Below, in pieces: positions 56,001-64,000 of a stretch of DNA of 64,000 bases (within the stretch, counting starts at the first letter, position 1; each line of letters begins with the position of its first letter). A program made the translations under genes and the position numbers. A model generated the notes under the pieces. That model did not search any database. It saw nothing but the letters and a program-made list of their open reading frames with translations, and was not told the DNA's origin. Source of the DNA: Planctomycetota bacterium (GTDB lineage Bacteria; Planctomycetota; UBA1135; UBA2386); NCBI GenBank assembly GCA_020848735.1, contig JADLHO010000163.1:3313-67312 (forward strand), written 5' to 3'.

Positions 56001-56104
56001 TGGACGGCGATCGGCAGGGGGATCGGTGCGGGTTCCTGCGCGTGCGCGACGAGCGCGCCGGCGAGGGAGAAGACGAGGCCGAGGAATGCGGTGGGGCGGG
56101 TCAT
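53033..56104 (-). CDS. Large secreted protein (about 1020 aa), unknown function; central region possibly an (alpha/alpha)6-barrel glycosidase-like domain
   Basis: The signal peptide is MTRPTAFLGLVFSLAGALVAHAQEP. The ORF is long with high GC3. The fold suggestion is only an impression from helix-rich, W/F-rich central blocks. Confidence 0.55.
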   Translation of the reverse strand: MTRPTAFLGLVFSLAGALVAHAQEPAPIPLPIAVQAELSSWRIDGEARGALPIGNGRVFAALGLGSRACELSALSGPRYDAGDTAALGEGAFGAVTVELVAPDGRALPLESRRVARVRDLAAVAAEDQSAGVALRMLAFTEAEGTRLLAALAVDGDGRTGLRLRVRTARAARSEGDSLLLDAAGDARLRLQLAGAVARDGALELALDGNRAWRGVLALSSAAGDPPAAASPSLDDARTAFEAMAAQWQRTLARTPSLESDLVRFVDLVREARLALLTQRCAHSGAILPMLGRRVYSLRTQTGALPALLRLGLHAEAKALLDLTWNAVRASGRLTEELPLRFDQARADAPAVNSAEFWRTVPMPPAELPSLVLLQHFWYWRATRDLGPIDEHWLMIDACLKRPVRSEDSLMPFSGNEPWSPAQLHAHASAVLGDDPRLFGESSAMDHASWSFASGVLFMISVQAYGELADARDQRARAAQWQAGKPSDAPSHALLKRSIALMQDIEKRFWIADLARFAPAVSPVDGKPVREALANANLLPLWIGWTFPTGERSRDNLRSTLETLWQDGVRVGTTRTVPIASGDLIGMLLVALSERDDARRLEVVDELIAQAEPAGSWADWVDGAGRPLDRDGDGPSRPVLADPGTSGVNLDALLFALTGIRHVIVPNWDDDDIRLELRLPHGADFVSLRNAQKDGRTLDIFFRRSRSKMTEDERKANDEASADRRRDPELEYERLRFVVELIAGTPREGFYHADIDAMGTMFVRFLKPGAPEKPEDHDFRRIEEMEFSKADSLVFLGARQGRGAALPLPPPDSATGADTLALSCRNTFANAVRGPKVTLLDTGSPRTLEEMAALLLDGEKPRHAHLLIDWRHSAPPPAQWNDRLWSSPAWSELLERYRRAGGIVDEPGFVREARIGETVLRARDDGALVVPAGDTAITLHVPLNLPANRETALRVGSSVGFAVRANEHVFCSGKGRAPAAPDREAALFRLAEGVQQLVVELEASPGVERVIFLRLARPDGLPLR

Positions 56105-56200
56105 CGAGGGGTCGTCTCGGTGCACTCACCAAGTCGGAATCGCGGGGGATCATGAGCGACCCGACGCATCGCCGCGACTCCTCGGTTAGAGATTGGAGCC

Positions 56201-56686
56201 ATGACGGCTCGCACGGACTCGGAACTCATCGGTGAGGTCGACCGGCATTGCGCGGGAGCGGTCCCGGCCTGGGACGCGCTCCTCGAACTCGCGTTGCGTC
56301 GCTTCGCCTGTCAGGTCGGGAGCATCCACGTCGTGGACCCCGCCGACGGTCTGCTCCATCTGCGTGCGGCGCGCGGGATCCCCGAGGCCATCCGCCCGCA
56401 GGTCGAACGGATCCCGATCGGCAAGGGCATGGCGGGTCTGGCCGCCGAGCGCAAAGCGCCGGTCGGAGCGTGCAATCTGCAGACCGACGCCTCGGGCGAC
56501 GTGCGCCCGGGTGCCAGGCTCACCGAGATGAAGGGCTCGCTCTGCGTGCCGATGCTCGACGGGGCGGCGGTTCGCGGGACCTTCGGGATCGCGCGGCGCG
56601 ACGAGCACGTCTTCGACGCGGTGGAGACCGATCTGCTCGCCGCGATCGCCGCCCGGATCGCGCGGGCGCTCTCGCCGCGCAGGTGA
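56201..56686 (+). CDS. GAF-domain protein
   Basis: GGAG precedes the ATG. VGSIHVVDPADGLLHLRAARGIPE...IPIGKGMAGLAAERKAPV...SLCVPML...GTFGIA is a typical stand-alone GAF layout. Confidence 0.78.
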   Translation: MTARTDSELIGEVDRHCAGAVPAWDALLELALRRFACQVGSIHVVDPADGLLHLRAARGIPEAIRPQVERIPIGKGMAGLAAERKAPVGACNLQTDASGDVRPGARLTEMKGSLCVPMLDGAAVRGTFGIARRDEHVFDAVETDLLAAIAARIARALSPRR

Positions 56687-56723
56687 GCGTCCGCGCGCGG
56701 CGCTAACATCGCCCGCCGCTCCC

Positions 56724-58451
56724 ATGCTCATCCACCGCTCGTTCCCGCTCGTTCTCGCGGCCGCCGTCGCCACGACCACGGTCGTCGCCCACGCCCAGGG
56801 CGCACCCTGCTTCGAAGCCAACTTCGGCACGGACCTGCAGCTCGGCGACGACACGGTCGCCGGCGGACTCGCGCTCGGCTTCGCGTTCCCCTTCGCCGCC
56901 GGCAGCGTCTCGGCGATCACCGTGTCGTCGAACGGCTTCGTCTGGCTCGGCGCCGGTACGGCGAGCGCCTGCTGCAACGGCGACGTCGGCCAGCTCCTCG
57001 CCAACGCACCGCGCATCGCTCCCCTCTGGGTCGACCTGAACCCCGCGGCCGCCGGCTCGGTCCACTTCAACGCGCTGCCCGGCCGCGCGGTCATCACCTG
57101 GAACCAGGTGGTGGAGTTCGGGCAGGCCGCGAGCTTCACGGTGCAGCTCCAACTCCTCGCCGACGGCTCGTTCGTCGTCTTCTTCGATCCCGCGGTCGGC
57201 ATCGTGGGGCACACCGCACTCCTCGGCGTGTCGCCCGGCGGCGGCGCCGTGGATCCGGGTGCGATCGACTTCGCGTCCGCGCTCCCCTTCGACAGCGGCA
57301 CCCGCCCGACGATCTACGAATCGTTCGGCCCGGGTGCTTTCGACCTCGCGGGCGTCGGCATGACCTTCACGCCCAACGGCAACGGCGGCTACACGGTCAC
57401 GCGCCGCAGCGACTGCGACTTCGCCTCGTTCGTCGGACGCGGGGTCGGCTGCCCGAGCTCGCCGAGCGCCTACGAGTTCTTCGACGTCGGCAACGTCGAT
57501 CTCAGCGGTCTCGCCTTCGAGTTCAGTCCCGCGGTCGGCGGTGGCTACGACATCGCGGCGTGCGCACAGAACTGCTTCGACACCGGCTATGCGAGCGGCA
57601 CGAACCTCGCGCTCTCGGATGACTCCGTCGCGCGCAATCTCGCGCTCGGCTTCAGCTTCCCCTTCCACGGTGGCTCGACCACGGCCATCGACGTCTCGTC
57701 GAACGGTTGCGTCTACCTCGAGCCGGGCCTCATCGGCGGCCACCGCTGCTGCGCCGGGGATCCCGCGGCCTTCCTCGCCGACCCGGCGAGCATCGCGCTC
57801 TTCTGGCTCGACCTGAACCCGGCCGGGGGTGGCGGGGTCTACACGCATCGCCCGAGCCCGACGAGCTTCGTCGTCACCTTCGCCGCCGTGCCCGAGTACC
57901 AAGCCGCCGGCTCGGCGAACACGGCCCAGCTCCAGCTCCACGCCGACGGTCGCTTCCGGCTCGCGTTCGGCAACGTCGCGAACGCCGGCCACGCGGCGCT
58001 CGTGGGCTTCACGCCCGGCAACGGGGCGGGCGATCCGGGCTCGATCGACCTCTCGACCGCGGTGCCGTTCAGCACGGGGAGCGGCGGTTCCCCGCTCGGA
58101 CTCAGCGCCTCGGCCGGCACGCGCCCGACGCTCGGCAGCACCTTCTCGATGGTGGTCGGCGAGGCTCCCGGCAGCGCGAACGCGCTCTTCCTCCTCCTGG
58201 GCTTCAACGAGGTCCCCGGTGGCGCGTCGCTCGCGGGGCTCGGCATGCCCGGGTGCCGGCTCCATCTCGGCATCGACCTCGCCGTCGCGTTCCCGTTGCA
58301 GGGCGCCTACTCCGTCACCTCGCTGACGATCCCGAACAACCCTGCGCTCACCGGGGGTGCGCTGCACGCGCAGGCGCTCGTCGTCGCCCCGGGCGTGAAT
58401 GCGTTCGGTGCGATCACGTCGAACGCCGCGCGCCTCGAGTTCGGGCTCTGA
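56724..58451 (+). CDS. Secreted protein with two NIDO-like (nidogen-like) repeats
   Basis: The signal peptide is LVLAAAVATTTVVAHAQG. There are two paralogous ~250-aa modules. Each has LxDD[ST]VA..LALGF.FPF..GS..AI.VSSNG.V.L, then CC.GD, then IA[PL][LF]W[VL]DLNP. Confidence 0.65.
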   Translation: MLIHRSFPLVLAAAVATTTVVAHAQGAPCFEANFGTDLQLGDDTVAGGLALGFAFPFAAGSVSAITVSSNGFVWLGAGTASACCNGDVGQLLANAPRIAPLWVDLNPAAAGSVHFNALPGRAVITWNQVVEFGQAASFTVQLQLLADGSFVVFFDPAVGIVGHTALLGVSPGGGAVDPGAIDFASALPFDSGTRPTIYESFGPGAFDLAGVGMTFTPNGNGGYTVTRRSDCDFASFVGRGVGCPSSPSAYEFFDVGNVDLSGLAFEFSPAVGGGYDIAACAQNCFDTGYASGTNLALSDDSVARNLALGFSFPFHGGSTTAIDVSSNGCVYLEPGLIGGHRCCAGDPAAFLADPASIALFWLDLNPAGGGGVYTHRPSPTSFVVTFAAVPEYQAAGSANTAQLQLHADGRFRLAFGNVANAGHAALVGFTPGNGAGDPGSIDLSTAVPFSTGSGGSPLGLSASAGTRPTLGSTFSMVVGEAPGSANALFLLLGFNEVPGGASLAGLGMPGCRLHLGIDLAVAFPLQGAYSVTSLTIPNNPALTGGALHAQALVVAPGVNAFGAITSNAARLEFGL

Positions 58452-58538
58452 TCGGGAGAGGCTCGACGCGATCTGGAACCCTGGCGTCGCAACCTCTGGG
58501 CGGTCTGGCCGAGCCTCTTCGCCGTCTCGACGGGGCTC

Positions 58539-59702
58539 ATGGCATTCCTGCCCATGCTCCCCATCTACGTCCGCGAACGCTTCGGCATCGCGGAGGAGCA
58601 CGAGGCCGCGCGCTGGGCGGGACTGATCTACGGCATCGCGCCGCTGACGGCGGCGTTGCTCGGCCCGCTCTGGGGCAGCATCGGCGATCGCCACGGGCGC
58701 AAGGCGATGGCATTGCGCGCGATCCTCGGGATCACCGTGGTCGCGGCCCTGATGCCGTTTGCGACGACGCCCATCGAGCTGCTGCTCCTGCGTGCGTTGC
58801 AGGGTGCGCTCGCGGGCTACGTCGCGCCGGCGATGTCGCTCGTCTCGGCGAGCGCGCCCGCGGATCGCCAGGGGCGCGTGATCGCGCGGCTGCAGGTCGC
58901 GCTCGCGCTCGGTCTGCTCGCCGGGCCCGCGCTCGGCAGCGAGATCGCCGTCCAGTTCGGTCGCCCGGCGGTGTTCTGGGCGACGAGCCTGCTCTCCGCG
59001 TTCGCCCTCGTGCCGCTCGTGCTCTTCGCGCGCGAGGACCGCAGCGCGCTGCGCGCCGCGGGCTCGGGGCGCATCGGCATGGGACGCGACCTGCGCGAGC
59101 TCTTCGCGACGCGTTCCGTGCTCGCGCTGCTGGTGATCCTCTTCCTGATGCGCTTCGGCCTGCAGATGGCCGACGCGTTCGTCGCGCTCTTCGTCGACGC
59201 GCTCGGTCCGCTCGACTGGGTCGCCGCGCATGCGACGAGCCGCGCGCACGCCGTCGATCGAACGACGGCACTCGTCTTCGTCATCCACGCGTTGGCGCAG
59301 GTCTTCCTCGCCGGTTGGTGGGGGCTCTTCGGCGATCGATTCGGACCGCTGCGCGGGCTCGCCCTGATCGCCCTCGGGCTCGGCCTCGCGACGCTCGGCG
59401 CCGGCTTCGCGGCCTCCATCCGCGGCTTCGTCGGCTGCCGCATCGTCGCGGCCGTCTTCACCGCAGGTGCGACCTCGCTCTCCTACGCCGCGCTGAGCAA
59501 GCGCATCGCGCCGCAGGGCCGCTCGGTCGCGTTCGCGAGCCTGCAGAGCTGCATGCAGTTCGGCATGTTCGCGGGTCCCCTCACCGGCGGGCTCCTCGCC
59601 GAGTGGACCGGCCTGCGCGGCACGCTGTTCCTCGCGGGCTCCGCGATCCTCGGCTCGGCGATCGCGATGCACCTCGTGCGGCGGCGTGAGGCCGCGTCGT
59701 GA
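58539..59702 (+). CDS. MFS transporter
   Basis: The product has about 12 TM segments and MFS signature-like loops (GSIGDRHGRK, FGDRFGP). The frame is open back to 58452 and encodes an additional TM-like segment. See the finding on the start codon. Confidence 0.85.
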   Translation: MAFLPMLPIYVRERFGIAEEHEAARWAGLIYGIAPLTAALLGPLWGSIGDRHGRKAMALRAILGITVVAALMPFATTPIELLLLRALQGALAGYVAPAMSLVSASAPADRQGRVIARLQVALALGLLAGPALGSEIAVQFGRPAVFWATSLLSAFALVPLVLFAREDRSALRAAGSGRIGMGRDLRELFATRSVLALLVILFLMRFGLQMADAFVALFVDALGPLDWVAAHATSRAHAVDRTTALVFVIHALAQVFLAGWWGLFGDRFGPLRGLALIALGLGLATLGAGFAASIRGFVGCRIVAAVFTAGATSLSYAALSKRIAPQGRSVAFASLQSCMQFGMFAGPLTGGLLAEWTGLRGTLFLAGSAILGSAIAMHLVRRREAAS

Positions 59703-61799
59703 TCAGCCGTGCGCGTGCGGCAGGTCGAGCGGCCGATCGCGGTGCAGCATGACCCATTCGGCGTTCTCCGCGAGGGCCTCGCGGCCGAGCTGTTCGATCA
59801 CCGCCTCGTAGGCCGGCTCGGCACCACTCGGCTCGATCGCGGCGGCGATCGCGACGGCGCAGTCCCGGGTCGGTTTCGACCGGGGGCAGTCCTGCAGTCC
59901 CGTGCGATCGGCCAGGCGCAACAGCGCGACGTGGAACACGCCCTCCATCCGCAGGTAGCGCCGCCGCTCGGCGCTCCAACCGACAGCTTGTGCGTAGGCG
60001 TGGAGCAGACCGGCGACGACCGCCGGGATCACCATCGCGATCGTCCACCAGGCGTGAGCGTCGTCGTGGGCGCTGCCCAGCCAGTGCAGGAACGGGTGGC
60101 CGATACCGACCAGGGCGAGCGCGCCGATCACGTACAGCGTCGCGATCCGCAAGCCGTGGCCGTGCTGCGCGGCGAGCTCGTGGTCCGTCTCGACCGGTCC
60201 TCCGCCCTCGGCGCTTCGCTTCATGACCCGCAGCGCCAGCGCGAGCATGGCGACGACGGCGAGTCCGAGCACTGGTGGCGAATGCAGGTCGAGCGTCGCG
60301 CGGAAGAGGGCGATCGCGGTCACCGCGAGCGAGGCGAGCACGAGCACCTTCACCCCGAGTTCGAGCCGCATCACACCCGGTGCCATCCGGTGCAGCTTCT
60401 TGGCGAAGTACGCCTGCTGGTCGTGGACCCAGCGGACGAGCGTCGCCTCGCGATCGACGAGGTTCCCGTCGTGCGGTTCGTCGACGATCGTCGCGAGGTC
60501 GCGCAACGTCAGCGCCTCGATCGCCTGTCGCAGCCACGAGAGCTCGGAGCGCTGATAGCTGAGGTAGTCGCGCGAGATCGGTCGCAGGATGCCGCTGCGC
60601 CGCCAGAACCAGGCGACGCGCAGGGCCTCCGCGAGTGCGCGGTAGTCGAGGAAGCGTTGCTCGACCCGCTGATGCTCCGCGCGGCCGTGGCACAGATCGG
60701 CGAGCACCAGTGCGAGCAGGTAGATCGAGAGGGCGATCACGCCGGCCGCGTGATGCGTCGGATCGACGCCGTGCGCGAAGCCGAGGAAGCCCAGGGCCGA
60801 GAGGCTGACCCAGGCGAAGATCCGGCGTCGCGTTCGCTGGAGCCGCTTCTGGTAATGCATCGCGAGGCCGTCCGCGTGCGCATAGGTCGCGTACATCGTC
60901 GCCAGCGAGGACGGGACGAGCTCCTCGAGTGGAGTGTGCGGCAGCTCGGGCCAGCGGCGCGCATCGGCGTCGAAGCCATCGAGGTGCCGGACGGTCTCGC
61001 GGTAGTAGGCGAAGTACGCGTGCGCGCGCGACGGGCTCGCGGGCCCACGTTCCCCCAGGCGCGGCGCGACGAGCGTGAGCCAGCGTTCGTCGACGCCGTC
61101 GGCCGGAAGCCCGCAGGGCTCCGTCGGCACGAGGAGCACCGGACAGGGTTCGAGCAGGTCGAGCGCCCCCTTCGGCGCGCCGAGCACGTCGAGCAGCGGC
61201 GCCGGGAGCGCGGCGAGCTGGTCGAGCAGCTCCGGGTCGTCGACGCGACCGGTGAGCGCCATGTGCACGAGGTGATGCGTCTCGCCGCGCTGGGTCGCCG
61301 CCGCGGCGGCCGACCAGATCTCGCCGGCGAGCTTCTCGCGCGGCTGGCTCGCGATCAGCAGGCGTGCGAAGCGCGCGACGACGAACGCCGCCATGGCCTC
61401 GCCCATGCGCCGCGCGGGTTCGCCCTGCAGGCCCCGCGGACCGGGCAGCACGATCGCATCCGGCCCGCCGCCGCCCTCGCCGACCACGACCTCGATCACG
61501 CGGAGTTCGAGTCCCGCCGTGCCCGCGTACTCGCGCGCCACATCTGCGACGAGCCGATCGGTCGCGCTGCGGTTGCGCGTGAGCAGGATGAGCGGCGCCG
61601 CGCTCAGCCGCGGCGCCGCGACGAAGGCACCGTGCTCGTCGATCCAACGTGCGTGGCGCTGGCGATCGTTGAGCACGCGGAAGACCTGGTCCTTCACCAG
61701 GTAGGCCAGGCGCCGCTGCTCGTGGACGTCGAGCCGAGCGAGATCGTCGGCGTCGCCGGCGACACCGATCACGAAGGGGACGAGGGCGTTGGACGACAT
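59703..61799 (-). CDS. Large membrane protein: N-terminal soluble alpha/beta-like domain plus two SLATT/DUF4231-like 2TM modules
   Basis: The start is MSSNALVPFVIGVAGDADD (61799). Module 1 is HYQKRLQRTRRRIFAWVSLSALGFLGFA...AAGVIALSIYLLALVLADL...FLDYRALAEALRVAWFW. Module 2 is WVHDQQAYFAKKLHRM..LGVKVLVLASLAVTAIALF...LGLAVVAMLALALRV. Further TM helices and a soluble C-terminus follow. The plus-strand 1053-aa ORF over the same DNA is Arg/Ala-rich junk. Confidence 0.65.
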   Translation of the reverse strand: MSSNALVPFVIGVAGDADDLARLDVHEQRRLAYLVKDQVFRVLNDRQRHARWIDEHGAFVAAPRLSAAPLILLTRNRSATDRLVADVAREYAGTAGLELRVIEVVVGEGGGGPDAIVLPGPRGLQGEPARRMGEAMAAFVVARFARLLIASQPREKLAGEIWSAAAAATQRGETHHLVHMALTGRVDDPELLDQLAALPAPLLDVLGAPKGALDLLEPCPVLLVPTEPCGLPADGVDERWLTLVAPRLGERGPASPSRAHAYFAYYRETVRHLDGFDADARRWPELPHTPLEELVPSSLATMYATYAHADGLAMHYQKRLQRTRRRIFAWVSLSALGFLGFAHGVDPTHHAAGVIALSIYLLALVLADLCHGRAEHQRVEQRFLDYRALAEALRVAWFWRRSGILRPISRDYLSYQRSELSWLRQAIEALTLRDLATIVDEPHDGNLVDREATLVRWVHDQQAYFAKKLHRMAPGVMRLELGVKVLVLASLAVTAIALFRATLDLHSPPVLGLAVVAMLALALRVMKRSAEGGGPVETDHELAAQHGHGLRIATLYVIGALALVGIGHPFLHWLGSAHDDAHAWWTIAMVIPAVVAGLLHAYAQAVGWSAERRRYLRMEGVFHVALLRLADRTGLQDCPRSKPTRDCAVAIAAAIEPSGAEPAYEAVIEQLGREALAENAEWVMLHRDRPLDLPHAHG

Positions 61800-61929
61800 C
61801 TTGGCCAAGGCGATGCACGCGGGCGTCGAGGTCCGCCCGGGGTGCCGCGGGATGCTAGCCACTGCGCTGCGGCTCCGCCCGTCTGCGCAGGCTTGCGCGC
61901 GGAGCGATCTTCGCGACGCTTCCGAGGCG

Positions 61930-62664
61930 ATGTGCCTCCTCATCGTGCTCGCGGGGATCGACCCGGACTGGCCCGTGATCGTCGCGAGCAACCGCGACGA
62001 GGAGCGCGCCCGCGGTGCGGCACCCCCGGGCCTCTTCGTGGGGACGCAGCACCGCATGCTCTCGCCGCGCGACCGGCGCGCCGGGGGCACCTGGCTCGCG
62101 GTGAGCGAGCGCCGGCTGTTCGCCGGTCTCACCAATCTCTCGGCGTCGCCGCGCCGCGCGGGCGCCCGCACCCGCGGTGCCCTGCCGCATCTCGCGCTCG
62201 ACGCTGCCGATGTCGCCGAGGCGGTCGCACTCGTGCGGGAGGAGCTCGCGCGCGCGGTGTACGACGGGTTCCAGCTCGTGCTCAGCAGCGGCACCGACAC
62301 ACGCCTGCTCGAGCACGAGGACGGCCGGCTCACGGAGCATCGCCTGGTCGGCGGCGCGCTCGTCGTGAGCAACCAGCACCGCATCGGCGAACTCGTGCTG
62401 CCCGGACTCGAGGCGACCTGCGCGCCGGGGCTCACGCTCGACGAACGGCTGGCGATGCTCGCGGCGCTGCTCCTCGACGAAGGCGAGCGGTCGGGCCACC
62501 GCATCCTCAAACGTGGCGGCGAGTACGGCACCGTCTCGAGTTCGCTGATCGCGCTGCCCGCCGCCGACGTGCGACGCCTCGTCTGGCGCTACGCGGCCGG
62601 CTCGCCCGACGCGGCGCCCTACCGCGAGTACGGCAACCTCGCGCGCCGTCTCGTCGAGGACTGA
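61930..62664 (+). CDS. NRDE-family protein (DUF833, TANGO2-like)
   Basis: The N-terminus is MCLLIVLAG...VIVASNRDE, with the catalytic-type Cys2 and the NRDE motif. GGTWLAV also fits the family. Confidence 0.85.
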   Translation: MCLLIVLAGIDPDWPVIVASNRDEERARGAAPPGLFVGTQHRMLSPRDRRAGGTWLAVSERRLFAGLTNLSASPRRAGARTRGALPHLALDAADVAEAVALVREELARAVYDGFQLVLSSGTDTRLLEHEDGRLTEHRLVGGALVVSNQHRIGELVLPGLEATCAPGLTLDERLAMLAALLLDEGERSGHRILKRGGEYGTVSSSLIALPAADVRRLVWRYAAGSPDAAPYREYGNLARRLVED

Positions 62665-62667
62665 AGC

Positions 62668-64000
62668 TCAGCGCCGCCGTTCGAGCGCGGCGAGGTTGTT
62701 GCGCGCGTCACGCAGCGCCGTGCTCACGAGTTCGCGTCGGTTCGCCGCGAGACCGCCGGCCGCGAGCTGCGCCGTCGCGAGCTCGATCGCGCGTTCGTAC
62801 ATCCCCTTCGCGCGCGCGAGGTTCGCGTCGTCGGCGAGGTGGTACTGGAGGATCACCGCGCAATCGTTGAGGAGCTGCGGCGACTCGGGCTCGAGCTCGA
62901 GCGCGCGCTCGTAGCCGACGAGGCTCTCGCGATACGCACGCGTCTCCCGGCAGAGGAACGCGTAGTTGTTCCAGTCGTCGGCGGTGCTGCGCGCGTAGGC
63001 GATCACCTGGTTGAGATCGCGGCTGCCGACGATGTGTCCGGCCTGGTACTCCTTCGCCGCGAGGCCCACGACGACGGCGATCGTGTCGTCGTCGCCGCGG
63101 ATCATGTCGGCGAAGCGCCGCGGGTTCTGCTGCGCGAACTTCGTCGCCGCGGCGATGGCGCCCGCGAGGTCGCCGGCCCAGTACCGCGACTGCATGAGCC
63201 ACCAGCCCGTGTCGACGTATTCGGGCATCGCGTCGACGGTGTCCCCGAAGAGTTCGGCCGCGCGCTTCCACAGCTCCGTGCGCCGGGTCGCTTCGGTGCC
63301 GGCCTCGCCGGCCTGGTCGAAGCAGGCCTGCGCTTCGTACCAGCCCAGCAGGGCGAGACCGCTCGGCTTCGCGCCCTCGCGTGCGCCGTAGGTCGTCCTG
63401 GCCTTCGCGTAGAGCTCCGCCCGATCCTTGCCGCCGAGGGCGCTGCGCAGCCAGTCGTGGTTGACCTTCGCCCAGGGATCGAGCGCCAGCGCTTCCCCGT
63501 AGCGCGCCGCCGCGCCCGGCAGATCGCCGCTCCAGGCGAGGAGATCGCCGAGCGCGACCTTCGGGAAGGAGCGCGAGGGCTCGGCCTCCGCGGCCGCGCG
63601 GAACGCGGCGGACGCCGCGTCGCGCATCGTGCCCGCGAGCGCGGTCGCGGCGCTCTTCGCCTCGCCCTCGGCCTCCGCCGCGCTGCGTTGCGCGGCGACG
63701 AAGCGCTCGTAGGCGATGCGGCCGAGCAGGGCCTGCGTGCTGTAGGCACGCGGCGCCTTCGCGACGGCCATCGTCGCCTCCTCGAACGCGGCCTCGGCCT
63801 CGCCGAGCTCGAGCAGCGACGAGGCGAGCACGAGCCGCGCGTCCAAGTCCTGCGCGTCGATCGCGAGCACGGCGCGGGCCGTGCGCACCGCGTCCTCGTA
63901 GTAGAGCTGCACGGTCGCGTCGCGTCCGGACGTCATGCGCGTCGCGTCGGCCTTCAGCGCGTAGGTGCGTGCGAGCATCGACTGGATCGCGAGCGCGTCG
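62668..64000 (-). CDS. TPR-repeat protein, 5' end probably outside window
   Basis: The product is TPR-like throughout (..AIAAATKFAQQNP.., ..YERALELEPESPQLLNDCAVIL.., ..YERAIELA..). The frame stays open from the Met at 63978 to the window edge. Confidence 0.72.
   Translation of the reverse strand, partial: DALAIQSMLARTYALKADATRMTSGRDATVQLYYEDAVRTARAVLAIDAQDLDARLVLASSLLELGEAEAAFEEATMAVAKAPRAYSTQALLGRIAYERFVAAQRSAAEAEGEAKSAATALAGTMRDAASAAFRAAAEAEPSRSFPKVALGDLLAWSGDLPGAAARYGEALALDPWAKVNHDWLRSALGGKDRAELYAKARTTYGAREGAKPSGLALLGWYEAQACFDQAGEAGTEATRRTELWKRAAELFGDTVDAMPEYVDTGWWLMQSRYWAGDLAGAIAAATKFAQQNPRRFADMIRGDDDTIAVVVGLAAKEYQAGHIVGSRDLNQVIAYARSTADDWNNYAFLCRETRAYRESLVGYERALELEPESPQLLNDCAVILQYHLADDANLARAKGMYERAIELATAQLAAGGLAANRRELVSTALRDARNNLAALERRR

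Noticed and set aside
56703-59672. 989-aa minus-strand ORF antisense to the NIDO-like and MFS genes
   Set aside because: It is an Arg/Glu/Ala/Gly-rich artefact. The plus-strand products have a signal peptide, internal repeats and 12 TM helices.
59709-62870. 1053-aa plus-strand ORF, and the 745-aa alternative minus frame 59581..61818, over the SLATT-like gene
   Set aside because: Both translations are dominated by Arg/Ala/Gly/Pro runs. The chosen minus frame gives coherent TM helices and amphipathic motifs. From 61930 on, the NRDE gene occupies a separate plus-strand frame, the one of the 61789..62664 track ORF.
1-64000. Scan for CRISPR arrays, IS elements/transposases, integrases, prophage genes and rRNA
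   Set aside because: None was seen. The only tandem repeats are the 15-nt coding repeat in infB and the 20-21-nt repeat at 36927-36987. Neither has spacers or mobile-element hallmarks.

Overview
This is a very GC-rich bacterial chromosomal segment. Third codon positions are almost always G/C, so every frame carries long 'shadow' ORFs. Real genes had to be picked by motif content, signal peptides and gene-to-gene coupling. About 50 protein-coding genes can be supported. I recognised no rRNA, tRNA, CRISPR array, transposase or integrase.

Layout:
- 1-13.2 kb: a reduced division/cell-wall (dcw) cluster, ftsI-murE-murF-mraY-ftsW-[LysM protein]-murG-murC-murB. It has no murD, ddl or ftsQAZ in their usual places.
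- 13.9-20.9 kb: polA, recJ and a selA-selD pair. selD contains an in-frame UGA at the catalytic position (selenocysteine), followed by a SECIS-like hairpin.
- 22.1-27.3 kb: a nusA-infB-DUF503-rbfA operon.
- 27.7-38.2 kb: GNAT/GNAT/PIG-L genes, an RlmI-like methyltransferase, thiS-thiG, a CPBP protease, a gamma-CA-like protein, an FG-GAP lipoprotein, a sugar nucleotidyltransferase and a HEAT-repeat protein.
- 38.2-43.2 kb: the most interesting locus. It is a tightly packed, partly translationally coupled five-gene minus-strand cluster: small membrane protein, TPR/2TM protein, TPR-AAA+ (CDC48-type) ATPase, ABC-type ATPase and TIGR02646-type HNH nuclease. The last two look like a Septu (PtuA/PtuB) defence pair. 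The three upstream genes are not part of any described Septu architecture that I know of.
- 43.3-64 kb: amidohydrolase-larE-M28 peptidase, a membrane-anchored ECF sigma fusion with a large extracytoplasmic domain, an ECF sigma/anti-sigma pair with an ECF-type promoter, a secreted protein with two NIDO-like repeats, an MFS transporter, a large membrane protein with two SLATT/DUF4231-like 2TM modules (possible conflict-system effector), an NRDE protein and a TPR protein that runs off the window.

All functional calls come from reading the translations. No database search was run.
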